Of a stretch of 64,000 nucleotides of DNA, positions 19,498 to 27,889 are shown one piece after another. The notes below the pieces were generated by a model. That model saw nothing but the letters and a program-made list of their open reading frames with translations. It searched no databases and was not told the origin of the DNA. Positions within the stretch are counted from its first letter, which is position 1. Every line of letters begins with the position of its first letter. Origin of the DNA: Minisyncoccota bacterium. Lineage in GTDB: Bacteria; Patescibacteriota; Minisyncoccia; Phycocordibacterales; UBA9973. Location: contig DATKGV010000008.1 of the NCBI GenBank assembly GCA_035510575.1, positions 4,618 to 68,617 of the forward strand. The letters are read 5' to 3'. The translations under genes and the position numbers were made by a program.

Positions 19498-20163
19498 TTA
19501 CTTTTCTATTTTACCGAGAAGATATGAAATACTTTCTTTCGGGTGTGAAATAATAATGTATCGGTGATTCATTAAATCAACTGGGTTAAGGTTGCGAACT
19601 TCATTAATTTCCACAGTCGGGATGTTGGCAAAACTTTTCTTAAGATTTTCGGTCTTTGCCGGCACTGTAATATACGTGTTGGCTTTTCTGCCGCCGGAAA
19701 TTTTTTCAAAACCTTTTACTTTGCTTAAATCATTAATGACCGCTGCTGCGTCTTTGGTTTTTATATTCTTAAGAGAAAGCTCCTCAACAAAAAGTATCTG
19801 TCCGCGTCTGAATTTTTCAGAAAGGACCATGCACAGAGCTTTGGCGCTCGCTTTTTTGTTAATTTTCTGCTTATAGCTTTTTTCATTGCGCGGACCGTGA
19901 GTTATGCCGCCGCCTCTCCATATCGGCGAACGCGTCGAGCCGTGGCGGGCTTGTCCGGTACCTTTCTGCCTCCAGGGCTTTCTGCCTCCTCCGCTGACAT
20001 CTCCGCGAATTTTAGTATGGGCAATAGGCGTGCGGGCATTGGCCTGCATGGCAGTTACAACTTGATGAACAAGATCTCCGTTCCACGGCAAGCCGAAAAC
20101 CGATTCCGGAACTTCAAGTTTTCCGACGGATTTTCCTTTTTGATTGTATATTTGCGTTTCCAT
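19498..20163 (-). CDS. rplD: 50S ribosomal protein L4
   Basis: L4 core with operon position. The ORF track start (20199) translates the intergenic palindrome. The true start is probably the internal Met ('METQIYNQKG'). Confidence 0.85.
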   Translation of the reverse strand: METQIYNQKGKSVGKLEVPESVFGLPWNGDLVHQVVTAMQANARTPIAHTKIRGDVSGGGRKPWRQKGTGQARHGSTRSPIWRGGGITHGPRNEKSYKQKINKKASAKALCMVLSEKFRRGQILFVEELSLKNIKTKDAAAVINDLSKVKGFEKISGGRKANTYITVPAKTENLKKSFANIPTVEINEVRNLNPVDLMNHRYIIISHPKESISYLLGKIEK

Positions 20164-20217
20164 ATATTTGTTCCATAGGTCGGACTTGTGGCTAGCCACA
20201 AGTCCGACCTATGGCCT

Positions 20218-20844
20218 TTATCCTATTATCTCCACCAAAGTTCCGCGCCTGCCAGGAACAGCGCCTTTGACGAGAAGCTGATTATTCTCCTTGTCAACGC
20301 CGATAATTTCCAAATTCTTCACGGTAATGCGATCACCTCCCATCCGGCCGCCCATGCGCATGGCTTTTGGAACTTTATTTCGCAATCCTCCGCCGATGGA
20401 ACCGTGCTCGCGTTCGGAATGTTTCTGTCCATGGCTTCGCGGACCTCCGTGGAAGCCATGGCGCTTGACAACGCCTTGAAAGCCCTTGCCTTTTGAAATT
20501 CCTGAAACAGTTACCATGTCTCCTTTTGAAAAAGCATCAACAGTAATCCTGTCTCCTACCGCAATTTCTTCAATATCGCGGAATTCACGAAGATGTTTGT
20601 AAGCGCCTGTGGCTTTTTCATCAGTAAGACCAGCCTTCTTCACGTGTCCAAGATGCGCCTTCGTTGCCCGGCTGGCTTTCTGTTCTTCAAATGCCACTTG
20701 CACTGCGGTATAGCCATCAACATCGGGATTTTTTACCTGAGTCACTATAAGCGGACCGGCTGAAATAACAGTGGTCGGAATTACCGCGCCATTATCATCA
20801 AAGCACTGCATCATATGCTGTTTTTTTCCAAGGATAAATTTCAT
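20218..20844 (-). CDS. rplC: 50S ribosomal protein L3
   Basis: L3 conserved core 'FDDNGAVIPTTVI' and Gly-rich C-terminal region. Confidence 0.9.
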   Translation of the reverse strand: MKFILGKKQHMMQCFDDNGAVIPTTVISAGPLIVTQVKNPDVDGYTAVQVAFEEQKASRATKAHLGHVKKAGLTDEKATGAYKHLREFRDIEEIAVGDRITVDAFSKGDMVTVSGISKGKGFQGVVKRHGFHGGPRSHGQKHSEREHGSIGGGLRNKVPKAMRMGGRMGGDRITVKNLEIIGVDKENNQLLVKGAVPGRRGTLVEIIG

Positions 20845-20852
20845 AAATTAAA

Positions 20853-21215
20853 TTACATCATCTTCACGTCTATATCAACGCCGGAAGGCAGCGACAAGCT
20901 GGTGAGGGCCTCAATCGTTTTCGGATTGGGATTTAAAATATCAATCACGCGCTTATGAATTCTGATTTCAAACTGTTCGCGGGCATTTTTAAAGATGAAC
21001 GGCGCCCGGTTCACAGTATATTTTTTGATTTCGGTCGGAAGAGGAATCGGTCCGACTATCTTTGCGTCATAGCGCGAAGCCGTATCGATAATCTGCTTGA
21101 CTGACGCATCAAGAATCTTGTTCTCGTATGCCCGCACGCGGATGCGAAGCTGGACGACTGCGTCTTCTTTCTTTTTAACTGTCGTTTTCTTTTTGGTTTT
21201 TAATTCTGTTGCCAT
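20853..21215 (-). CDS. rpsJ: 30S ribosomal protein S10
   Basis: Contains 'RIRVRAYENKILD' and 'GPIPLPT', typical of S10. First gene of the S10 operon. Confidence 0.9.
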   Translation of the reverse strand: MATELKTKKKTTVKKKEDAVVQLRIRVRAYENKILDASVKQIIDTASRYDAKIVGPIPLPTEIKKYTVNRAPFIFKNAREQFEIRIHKRVIDILNPNPKTIEALTSLSLPSGVDIDVKMM

Positions 21216-21294
21216 AAGTATAGGTTCTAGTTTCTAGGTTTTAGATTTTAGTATTTCTATTACTAGAACCTAGGCACTAGCTACTAACAACTGA

Positions 21295-22497
21295 TTATTT
21301 TATGATCTTTGTGACAACGCCTGCGCCTACCGTCTTGCCTCCTTCCCGGATGGCGAAGTGCATCTGCGCTTCAAGAGCGACCGGGGTTACTAATTTGATC
21401 GTGAGCTTGACCGTATCGCCAGGCATAACCATTTCTGTTCCGGAAGGCAAAGTCGCCTCGCCTGTAACGTCAGTCGTGCGGATATAGAATTGGGGCTTGT
21501 AGCCGGTAAAGAACGGGGTATGCCGTCCGCCTTCTTCTTTCTTCAAGACATAGACCTCGCATTCGAATTCCGAATGAGGAGTAACAGTACCCGGCTTGGC
21601 AAGAACTTGTCCGCGAGTAATGTCTTCTTTCTTGATTCCGCGGATAAGGACGCCGGCATTATCGCCAGCCATGCCTTCTTTCAAATTCTTGTTGAACATT
21701 TCAATGCCTGTAACCGTTGTTTTGGCGGTGGGCTTGATGCCGACAATTTCAACATCTTCGCCGAGCTTTACTATTCCGCGTTCAATCTTACCGGTCACAA
21801 CTGTACCGCGCCCTTCAATGGAGAAAATATCTTCAATCGGCATTAAGAACGGCTTTGTAATATCGCGCTCAGGAATCGGAATGTAAGTGTCAAGAGCATT
21901 TACAAGATCAAGAACTTTCTTTGCGTATTCATCATTATTATCTTTAGATTCAAGAGCTTTAAGCGCTGAACCGCGGATAACTGGAGCATTGGCGCCGTCA
22001 TATCCTTGTTTGGTTAGGAGTTCGCGAACTTCTTCTTCAACAAGATCAAGCATATCGGGATCGTCAACCATGTCGCATTTATTGAGAAATACTATAATTT
22101 TAGGAACGTTAACTTGTTTTGCAAGGAGAACGTGCTCGCGGGTCTGAGGCATCACGCCGTCAGTCGCAGCAACGACGATAATAGCGCCATCCATCTGAGC
22201 GGCGCCCGTAATCATATTCTTAATATAGTCGGCATGGCCCGGAGCGTCTATGTGAGCATAGTGGCGGGTCGGAGTCCAGTATTCATTGTGAGAAAGGGCG
22301 ATCGTAATGCCGCGCGCCTTTTCTTCAGGAGCTGAGTCGATTTGATCTACGCCTTTAATCTTAGCGCCGTATCCAGCGCCTTGTCGAGCCAGAATCGCCA
22401 AAATAGCCGCTGTTAATGTTGTTTTCCCATGGTCGACGTGGCCGATGGTTCCCACATTTACATGTGGCTTATCCCTGTTAAATTCTTCTGTTGCCAT
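21295..22497 (-). CDS. tuf: elongation factor Tu
   Basis: 400 aa with G1 'GHVDHGKTT', G3 'DAPGH' and G4 'NKCD' motifs. Near-universal EF-Tu sequence throughout. Confidence 0.95.
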   Translation of the reverse strand: MATEEFNRDKPHVNVGTIGHVDHGKTTLTAAILAILARQGAGYGAKIKGVDQIDSAPEEKARGITIALSHNEYWTPTRHYAHIDAPGHADYIKNMITGAAQMDGAIIVVAATDGVMPQTREHVLLAKQVNVPKIIVFLNKCDMVDDPDMLDLVEEEVRELLTKQGYDGANAPVIRGSALKALESKDNNDEYAKKVLDLVNALDTYIPIPERDITKPFLMPIEDIFSIEGRGTVVTGKIERGIVKLGEDVEIVGIKPTAKTTVTGIEMFNKNLKEGMAGDNAGVLIRGIKKEDITRGQVLAKPGTVTPHSEFECEVYVLKKEEGGRHTPFFTGYKPQFYIRTTDVTGEATLPSGTEMVMPGDTVKLTIKLVTPVALEAQMHFAIREGGKTVGAGVVTKIIK

Positions 22498-22557
22498 ATT
22501 GTTTATTGGTCCCGCCGTTTACGTCGGGACATAAATTAATTAATAAAATTAAACGAT

Positions 22558-22598
22558 TGACTTCCATACTAGCAAATCTAAAAATAAAGTCAACCTAC
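22558..22598 (-). promoter_or_regulatory. sigma70-like promoter for tuf (minus strand): TTGACT-N16-tgcTAGTAT
   Basis: Minus-strand reading 'TTGACTTTATTTTTAGATTTGCTAGTATG'. A nearly identical copy lies upstream of rpsS and a third variant upstream of rpsZ. Confidence 0.6.
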
Positions 22599-22604
22599 CA
22601 TTAA

Positions 22605-22865
22605 TTATTTATAAATATCATGGTCGCCAACTCCCAATATAGCTGCTTTATTTTTATTTTCATATTGAAAAATAATTCGATAGGCATAATTAACTGAAAA
22701 ACCATAACAATTCTTATATTGGCCATTCAATTTATGAACTTTTAAAAGCTTATGATTCGAAATATTTTTAAACAGTTCAATTTTTTCTAAAACTTCTTCT
22801 TTCAAGTTATCATCTAATTTTCTAAAATTTCTAACAAAAATTGGAGCATAGATAATTTCAATCAT
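22605..22865 (-). CDS. type II toxin, RelE/ParE superfamily
   Basis: 86 aa. The C-terminal 'YRIIFQYENKNKAAILGVGDHDIYK' matches the RelE/ParE consensus (YRIIY...I..IGHRKDIY). Overlaps an upstream RHH gene by 1-2 nt. Confidence 0.6.
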   Translation of the reverse strand: MIEIIYAPIFVRNFRKLDDNLKEEVLEKIELFKNISNHKLLKVHKLNGQYKNCYGFSVNYAYRIIFQYENKNKAAILGVGDHDIYK

Positions 22866-22866
22866 A

Positions 22867-23088
22867 CTATTTGAATTTTTTAGCTAATTCCCTTAAATCT
22901 CCTGATAATCCCTTTCCCAGAGATATTTCTTTTTGAGCTATTAAAATCGCATTTACAGCTTCTTCTTCCGCAAGGCGGGTTATGGCGCGGCGAACGACAT
23001 CGGCTTTGTTCGAGCCATAGCCGGATTTTACCAGATTATTTAATTCCTTTTCTAATTGATAAGGCAATGGAACAGATATGGTAGTCAT
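22867..23088 (-). CDS. ribbon-helix-helix (CopG/ParD-like) antitoxin
   Basis: An 'MTTISVPLPYQLEKELNNLVKSGYGSNKADVVRRAI' RHH N-terminus. The ORF track start at 23121 runs into the operator palindrome, so the internal Met is the probable start. Confidence 0.55.
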   Translation of the reverse strand: MTTISVPLPYQLEKELNNLVKSGYGSNKADVVRRAITRLAEEEAVNAILIAQKEISLGKGLSGDLRELAKKFK

Positions 23089-23118
23089 AATATTTCTCAA
23101 TTTATTAAACTTATAATA

Positions 23119-23150
23119 CATATGATAATATCATATGATATTATCATATG
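23119..23150. promoter_or_regulatory. perfect 32-bp palindrome CATATGATAATATCATATGATATTATCATATG; candidate operator for the RHH antitoxin
   Basis: The sequence equals its own reverse complement and sits 30 bp upstream of the antitoxin start. Confidence 0.6.
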
Positions 23151-23210
23151 CAATAGCCCGGCAGTCCTAACCCATTCCGCATTTCTTGGTAATAAATATC
23201 AGCTTTCTAA

Positions 23211-23250
23211 CCACTAGCAAGAACCACTAGCAAGAACGGTTCTAGCTAGT
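23211..23250. repeat. REP-like palindromic repeat at the 3' side of the RAYT gene (one full 26-bp unit, 23225-23250, plus an upstream half unit)
   Basis: 'CCACTAGCAAGAAC|CACTAGCAAGAACGGTTCTAGCTAGT'. The unit forms a roughly 12-bp hairpin (ACTAGCAAGAAC / GTTCTAGCTAGT). Confidence 0.7.
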
Positions 23251-23928
23251 GGGTTCTATTATAAAATAATTCTCTATAAAATCTTTAAAAGATTGCTGTG
23301 ATTGGAAATAATCGGGAAATGCTTTTTTATTTAAAATATTACTTTCTATTCTGTCTGTGCCTATATAATCTTGATAACTGGAATATCTGTATGTTTCTAG
23401 AAAATCTTTCATTTCTTTATTATTTTTGTCTTTGTCTTTATCTTGTTTTTCCCAACCTGAAAACTTAATATCAAGTACATTTAGATGAATATATGCAAAA
23501 AGCTGCCGCATATAGTTATCATCTGCTTTTATACATTTTGATTTAAAGAGTCCGCCAAACAAAGCTCCTTGTCTTTGGTATTTTTTGTTAAAAAACATTG
23601 AATATCCTACACCTATCTTCCTCATGAACTTTGTTATTCCTCCATCTACTTCCTGCTTAACTAATATATGAAAATGATTATTCATAAGGCACCATGCGCC
23701 AATAGAAACTAGCGGCTCGCTTTTATTTAAGATCATTATTTCTTCATATCCCTTATGAAGAATATTTATTAAATTATCTAGTTTAATTGCTTCCTTATTA
23801 TTTGCAATATATAAAAGCATTTTAAATCTCTCGAAATCTCTTTCAAGCTTAAAAATGACTCTTTTATCTATACCCCTATTATAGATATGATAATATTCAC
23901 CGGTTATGAATGAATCTTTGCGAAGCAT
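23242..23928 (-). CDS. IS200/IS605-family Y1 (HUH) transposase, REP-associated tyrosine transposase (RAYT)-like
   Basis: 228 aa with 'YYHIYNRGIDKRVIF', HUH motif 'NHFHILV' and the catalytic-Tyr region 'AYIHLNV' (YIHxNP-type). Flanked on both sides by the same palindromic repeat. Confidence 0.65.
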   Translation of the reverse strand: MLRKDSFITGEYYHIYNRGIDKRVIFKLERDFERFKMLLYIANNKEAIKLDNLINILHKGYEEIMILNKSEPLVSIGAWCLMNNHFHILVKQEVDGGITKFMRKIGVGYSMFFNKKYQRQGALFGGLFKSKCIKADDNYMRQLFAYIHLNVLDIKFSGWEKQDKDKDKNNKEMKDFLETYRYSSYQDYIGTDRIESNILNKKAFPDYFQSQQSFKDFIENYFIIEPTS

Positions 23929-23954
23929 GTTTACAGTATAACAAACACCTTAGC

Positions 23955-24116
23955 CACTAGCAAGAACGGTTCTAGCTAGTCCCCAAGGCGGTTTTTATCT
24001 TATACACTAGCAAGAACGGTTCTAGCTAGTCTCGGCAATTCCAGCTACCCACTAGCAAGAACGGTTCTAGCTAGTCCTCACTATATATTACCTATAGCAA
24101 GAAAGGTCTAGCTAGT
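23955..24116. repeat. array of four REP-like 26-bp palindromic units (CACTAGCAAGAACGGTTCTAGCTAGT; the last is degenerate) separated by 19-24 nt unique spacers, at the 5' side of the RAYT gene
   Basis: Exact copies at 23955-23980, 24005-24030 and 24050-24075. Degenerate copy at 24095-24116. Confidence 0.7.
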
Positions 24117-24123
24117 CTCATCA

Positions 24124-24156
24124 AAAACCGCCCCATCAAACATAGGGGCGGTTTTT
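24124..24156. terminator. bidirectional Rho-independent terminator (AAAAACCGCCCC...GGGGCGGTTTTT)
   Basis: GC-rich 7-bp stem flanked by A-run and T-run. Followed by a second palindrome TAGCAAGGACCGTCCTTGCTA (24161-24181) related to the REP core. Confidence 0.6.
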
Positions 24157-24200
24157 GATTTAGCAAGGACCGTCCTTGCTAATCTGTAGCTTTAGCTTTT

Positions 24201-25403
24201 TTAATAGCAAAGTGTTTTGACTTCAAGAGCAGGGCCTGAACCTTTTACTGTTATAGTAGGATCTTCACTATTACGAAAAGTGATATACGACGAACCAGCA
24301 TCTATAATTGTTCTTATAGGACTTGATTCACTTATATACAAACTATGATCATAATCATCTGGTGCATTAATGAAGAGTGTATATTCTCCTTCAATGTGAG
24401 TAGCATTATTTGAAACATAACCATTAACAAAAACTTTACAAATACTGCCAAAGAAATTACTTGTAGTAGGGTGAGGCAAAAAATAATGGGCAGTATTATC
24501 ATATATACGTGTAACATAAGCGAATCGATCGGTAATATTCGCATTATTAATACAATTAGCTCCATTTATGTCACAGTATGCATTTGCACCAACATTTTCG
24601 CTAGATGTGGTGGGTTTAACGTATGTTCCCGTATCTGTCCAGGGACCACTTCCGGGTGTTCCCCAACTAGCAAGACCAGTAGCGTCTGAAGTAAGAACTT
24701 TGCCTACGCCGGGAGTTCCGCCAGAGATTTTAATGGTTCCTCCGATAGTAACTGCACCGCCGTCTGGCTGAAGTATAAGCGTCCTTGGGCCTGATCCAGA
24801 AGATGGATAATAATTGCCGGCATTTATAAACGCATTATCAGCAGCAGTGTTATATCCCAATTCCAATCTTGCGCCAGCTCCATTCGACGAATTGCCGATA
24901 ATAAGCTGACCTCCGGTATAATGCGAAGCGTCTGGTTTCGTATATGTTCCAGTATCTTTGATTTCCAAGTCCGCGCCAGGAGCAGTTGTGCCAATGCCAG
25001 TATTGCCAGTAATAAAGACATTTTGCATAAACTGCGCATTTTTCCTGGCAATAAGAGCATATGTGTCTATTCCTGTGTTTTTAAGCAAGTTCGTGTACGA
25101 TGTGATATAACCATTTGTATCTTTAATTCCCGCACCTGTTGATAATGTTGTAGGTGTAATTGAAGTAGTATAAGTATATCCATTATAAGCCGAAATAGCG
25201 CCTAAATTCAACGTCCCAATTTTATTCTGAACAGCAGCGCCAATATTTATAGGGGTATCTGTATTATTTGTAGGAGGCGTACCTGTAGCAGGAGTCCAAC
25301 CTTTAATAGTAGAATCACCTGCAAATACATATCTAACCCCCGAAACAATCATTATAGCCAAAACCAAAGCGAGCGCTATTTGTGTGAACTTTTTTGTATT
25401 CAT
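24201..25403 (-). CDS. secreted/membrane-anchored Gly/Thr-rich protein with phage-tail-fibre-like motifs
   Basis: N-terminal TM/signal segment and a 'TGNTGIGTTAPGADLEIKDTG' motif of the kind common in tail-fibre and surface proteins. Several Cys near the C-terminus. Confidence 0.45.
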   Translation of the reverse strand: MNTKKFTQIALALVLAIMIVSGVRYVFAGDSTIKGWTPATGTPPTNNTDTPINIGAAVQNKIGTLNLGAISAYNGYTYTTSITPTTLSTGAGIKDTNGYITSYTNLLKNTGIDTYALIARKNAQFMQNVFITGNTGIGTTAPGADLEIKDTGTYTKPDASHYTGGQLIIGNSSNGAGARLELGYNTAADNAFINAGNYYPSSGSGPRTLILQPDGGAVTIGGTIKISGGTPGVGKVLTSDATGLASWGTPGSGPWTDTGTYVKPTTSSENVGANAYCDINGANCINNANITDRFAYVTRIYDNTAHYFLPHPTTSNFFGSICKVFVNGYVSNNATHIEGEYTLFINAPDDYDHSLYISESSPIRTIIDAGSSYITFRNSEDPTITVKGSGPALEVKTLCY

Positions 25404-25620
25404 AATTTATATAGTTATTAATATTTAGTGCCTGTATTATATCACATATAATGATTTATTTATACAAATGCGAATTATGGAAAGGTGTGGAAAAGTAAAA
25501 TTGATAGCTAATTATCAAACTAAAACAACAAAAAAGTAAGCGTAAATCGCTTACTTTTTTTTATTAAAAATCCCAATCAAAGCTTACCATAAAGATATAC
25601 TCTTTCAGCACTAGCCGATT

Positions 25621-25821
25621 CTATCTCAATAGAACTATTTTTGACATTTTGCTTTTCCGTAATTTTTCATTGACATCCATTCTTTTATAAAGATTAAAAG
25701 AATTTGAGCCAATAGACGCTGTTCTCATTACAAAATATTCATAACCTTCTTTCTTTGCCCATTCTAAACGTTTTTGAACCAACTTTGATCCTATGCCTAG
25801 ATGTCGATATTTATAATCCAC
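25621..25821 (-). pseudogene. GNAT acetyltransferase C-terminal fragment (truncated remnant)
   Basis: 66 aa containing GNAT motif A 'RHLGIGSKLVQKRLEWAKKEGY' but lacking the N-terminal ~80 aa of the fold. Confidence 0.45.
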
Positions 25822-25905
25822 TGCAGGAAGGACAAGATACTGGTTGGAAAAAATTCTGGAAAGAACGATTTAATTTCTTGAAAATCTGGTTAAAAGATAA
25901 AAATT

Positions 25906-25936
25906 AAACCCGCTTCATAATTAAATGAAACGGGTT
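25906..25936 (-). terminator. Rho-independent terminator for the 25966-26472 gene
   Basis: Hairpin AACCCG(N17)CGGGTT followed by a T-run on the minus strand. Confidence 0.4.
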
Positions 25937-25965
25937 AGATTTTAGTTCTTTAAAACGCAGAAACA

Positions 25966-26472
25966 TTATGGAAGCATTGTATGTTTTTGTGTAGCACGAT
26001 AGCATCCGTTATTGTCACAATAAGACCATACAAATTCATCCATTGTTAACGTCCAAATTTTAAGAGGGGCACCCAAAGATTGATTTATTTGTTTACCATC
26101 TGTACTCATAGTATAAGATGCTTGAAAATAAACTGATCCATTAGCATGATAACTCCAAGTACTATCAGCAGAATATAAATCATAATCAGTGTGAGCAAAT
26201 GGTATTGGATATTCAGTCCAATCATTAGCTCCGGGACCACTGCTTTTTTCTGCTTTGAAAGGATACCATTTCCCTGACATCAGGCACTTTTTCAAGCTAT
26301 CTAATGGCGATGCAATTTCATGCATAACTATATCTGCAACTGGCTTTTCTGCCATTGGGATATAGATTGTATCCTTAACCGTAATTATTCTCATACACGA
26401 CACTTTCTGTGCCATTAAGTTTGTGGCTCCTATTGCTATAATAGTAGCCAAAAAAAATAAAATCTTTTTCAT
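25966..26472 (-). CDS. secreted hypothetical protein
   Basis: N-terminal signal peptide 'MKKILFFLATIIAIGATNLMA'. No recognisable domain. Confidence 0.45.
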   Translation of the reverse strand: MKKILFFLATIIAIGATNLMAQKVSCMRIITVKDTIYIPMAEKPVADIVMHEIASPLDSLKKCLMSGKWYPFKAEKSSGPGANDWTEYPIPFAHTDYDLYSADSTWSYHANGSVYFQASYTMSTDGKQINQSLGAPLKIWTLTMDEFVWSYCDNNGCYRATQKHTMLP

Positions 26473-26484
26473 GGCTTAGAGTTT

Positions 26485-27009
26485 TTAATTTTTTATTATT
26501 TTTTTTGTTATTATAGCACCGTCATTCGTTTTTAAACGAAGAATATAGGCGCCTACTTTTAGATTCTGACCATTGATTATAAAGTCTTCAGTTGACTGAC
26601 TTGTCAATTGAGTACTTACAATCTGACCAGTAAGAGAGAATACATCAATACTTTTCACTTCTAAATTAGTCCTAAGTGAGAAATTACTTGATGAAGGGTT
26701 GGGATACACACTGACTTGATCAGTATTAGTTACAGTTTTAACATCGGTTGCCGATGTGTCATAAATGAAACTAAATCCAATAATATCAATGTCTTTTCCT
26801 GCATTGGTGTGGATAACAAAATTAAATTCACCACTAGAAGCTATTGGCAATGAAATATCCTTAAGGAGAAATTTCTGGTAGCTACCATCTGCAAGTACAG
26901 CACTAACTGTATTGACGTCATCTTGAGCGCTTATCCTTGATAAGCCAAATGACAAAAGTATCGTAACGAGTACGAACACTCTTTTCAGAAAGAGAATTTT
27001 TGCTTTCAT
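26485..27009 (-). CDS. secreted protein with a C-terminal beta-sandwich sorting-domain-like tail (T9SS type-A-like 'YPNP...' segment)
   Basis: Signal peptide. The C-terminus 'VYPNPSSSNFSLRT...GAYILRLKTNDGAIITKKIIKN' resembles Por/T9SS C-terminal sorting domains. Confidence 0.4.
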   Translation of the reverse strand: MKAKILFLKRVFVLVTILLSFGLSRISAQDDVNTVSAVLADGSYQKFLLKDISLPIASSGEFNFVIHTNAGKDIDIIGFSFIYDTSATDVKTVTNTDQVSVYPNPSSSNFSLRTNLEVKSIDVFSLTGQIVSTQLTSQSTEDFIINGQNLKVGAYILRLKTNDGAIITKKIIKN

Positions 27010-27234
27010 ATTTTCAGTTTTATTTATTTTTCAAAAATCAAATTTATATTAGAATTAGAACACGGAATACTCTTATTGACAAGTATAGGGCATTTTTAGG
27101 CATTTGTCAAGCTCAAAGGCCTTTGGCTGTGGAAAGAGTGGATAAAGGTTAGAAGGGGTTTCCAAACAAAAAGCCATATATTATATGGACTTTATGGTTT
27201 AAATCGTCCAAATTGCGATTATTATAGCTAACTA

Positions 27235-27519
27235 TTATCTTTGTAATTTGCGCTCTATTCGCCCAAAACGAATAAGCAGATTATCAAATTCGTGCCTAGG
27301 GACGAATCGGTCACCAAGATCCAATACGTCGCGGCGAGTGGCCTTCAAGTTTTCTTTTACCTCATTAAGATCTATTTTAATATCGGCAATATCCTTATCA
27401 ACGCTTTCAAATCTTTTATCAACGCCGTCAAATCTTTTATCAACACTTTCAAACCCCTTGGCAACCATAATCGCCAAATTGTCTATTGTCATGTTCTTTT
27501 TATTTGTAACCTTTTTCAT
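27235..27519 (-). CDS. small hypothetical protein with internal 'VDKRF(D/E)(G/S)VDK' repeats
   Basis: 94 aa with probable coiled coil and internal tandem repeats. Confidence 0.35.
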   Translation of the reverse strand: MKKVTNKKNMTIDNLAIMVAKGFESVDKRFDGVDKRFESVDKDIADIKIDLNEVKENLKATRRDVLDLGDRFVPRHEFDNLLIRFGRIERKLQR

Positions 27520-27545
27520 ATATTAAAACAGTTATTGATTATTTA

Positions 27546-27845
27546 CTATTTTGACAAGCTTTCAAGCTCTTTCAGACGGTCAGCGTCGCTTATCTTGGCG
27601 GCAGTTGAGGATTTGTTCAATTTACTCAGGTCCGAAAGGCGTTCTTGCTCGGTTGCCGTTACTGGCTTTGACTCTTCAGCAAGCTTCTGTAATTCTTGTT
27701 CTCTGATCAAGTCGGTATTGGCCATTTGGGACTTTCTATAAAAAACAAAGTACCAGATAGCGACAATAATGAGCAAAAACAATATGATGGCCGTGATGAC
27801 AATATTCTTGCTAGATTTGACGTTATTCATTTGATTTGGTTCCAT
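27546..27845 (-). CDS. small membrane-anchored coiled-coil protein
   Basis: Single TM helix 'IVITAIILFLLIIVAIWYFVFY' followed by a charged helical region. Confidence 0.4.
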   Translation of the reverse strand: MEPNQMNNVKSSKNIVITAIILFLLIIVAIWYFVFYRKSQMANTDLIREQELQKLAEESKPVTATEQERLSDLSKLNKSSTAAKISDADRLKELESLSK

Positions 27846-27889
27846 ATGATTATTGTAAACCCACGCCTGTGGCGGGGCAAGATTAACTA

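Noticed and set aside
20164-20199. N-terminal extension of rplD (MASHKSDLWNKY)
   Set aside because: It is encoded by the intergenic 42-nt palindrome. The identical peptide appears in the mirrored plus-strand ORF 20188-20496. The true start is the internal Met.
23955-24116. Possible CRISPR array (four 26-bp direct repeats with unique spacers)
   Set aside because: Spacers are only 19-24 nt, there are only 3 exact repeats, and the same palindromic unit also occurs on the other side of the adjacent Y1 transposase and, as core variants, elsewhere. No cas genes are adjacent. It is better explained as a REP/BIME-like array bound by a RAYT.
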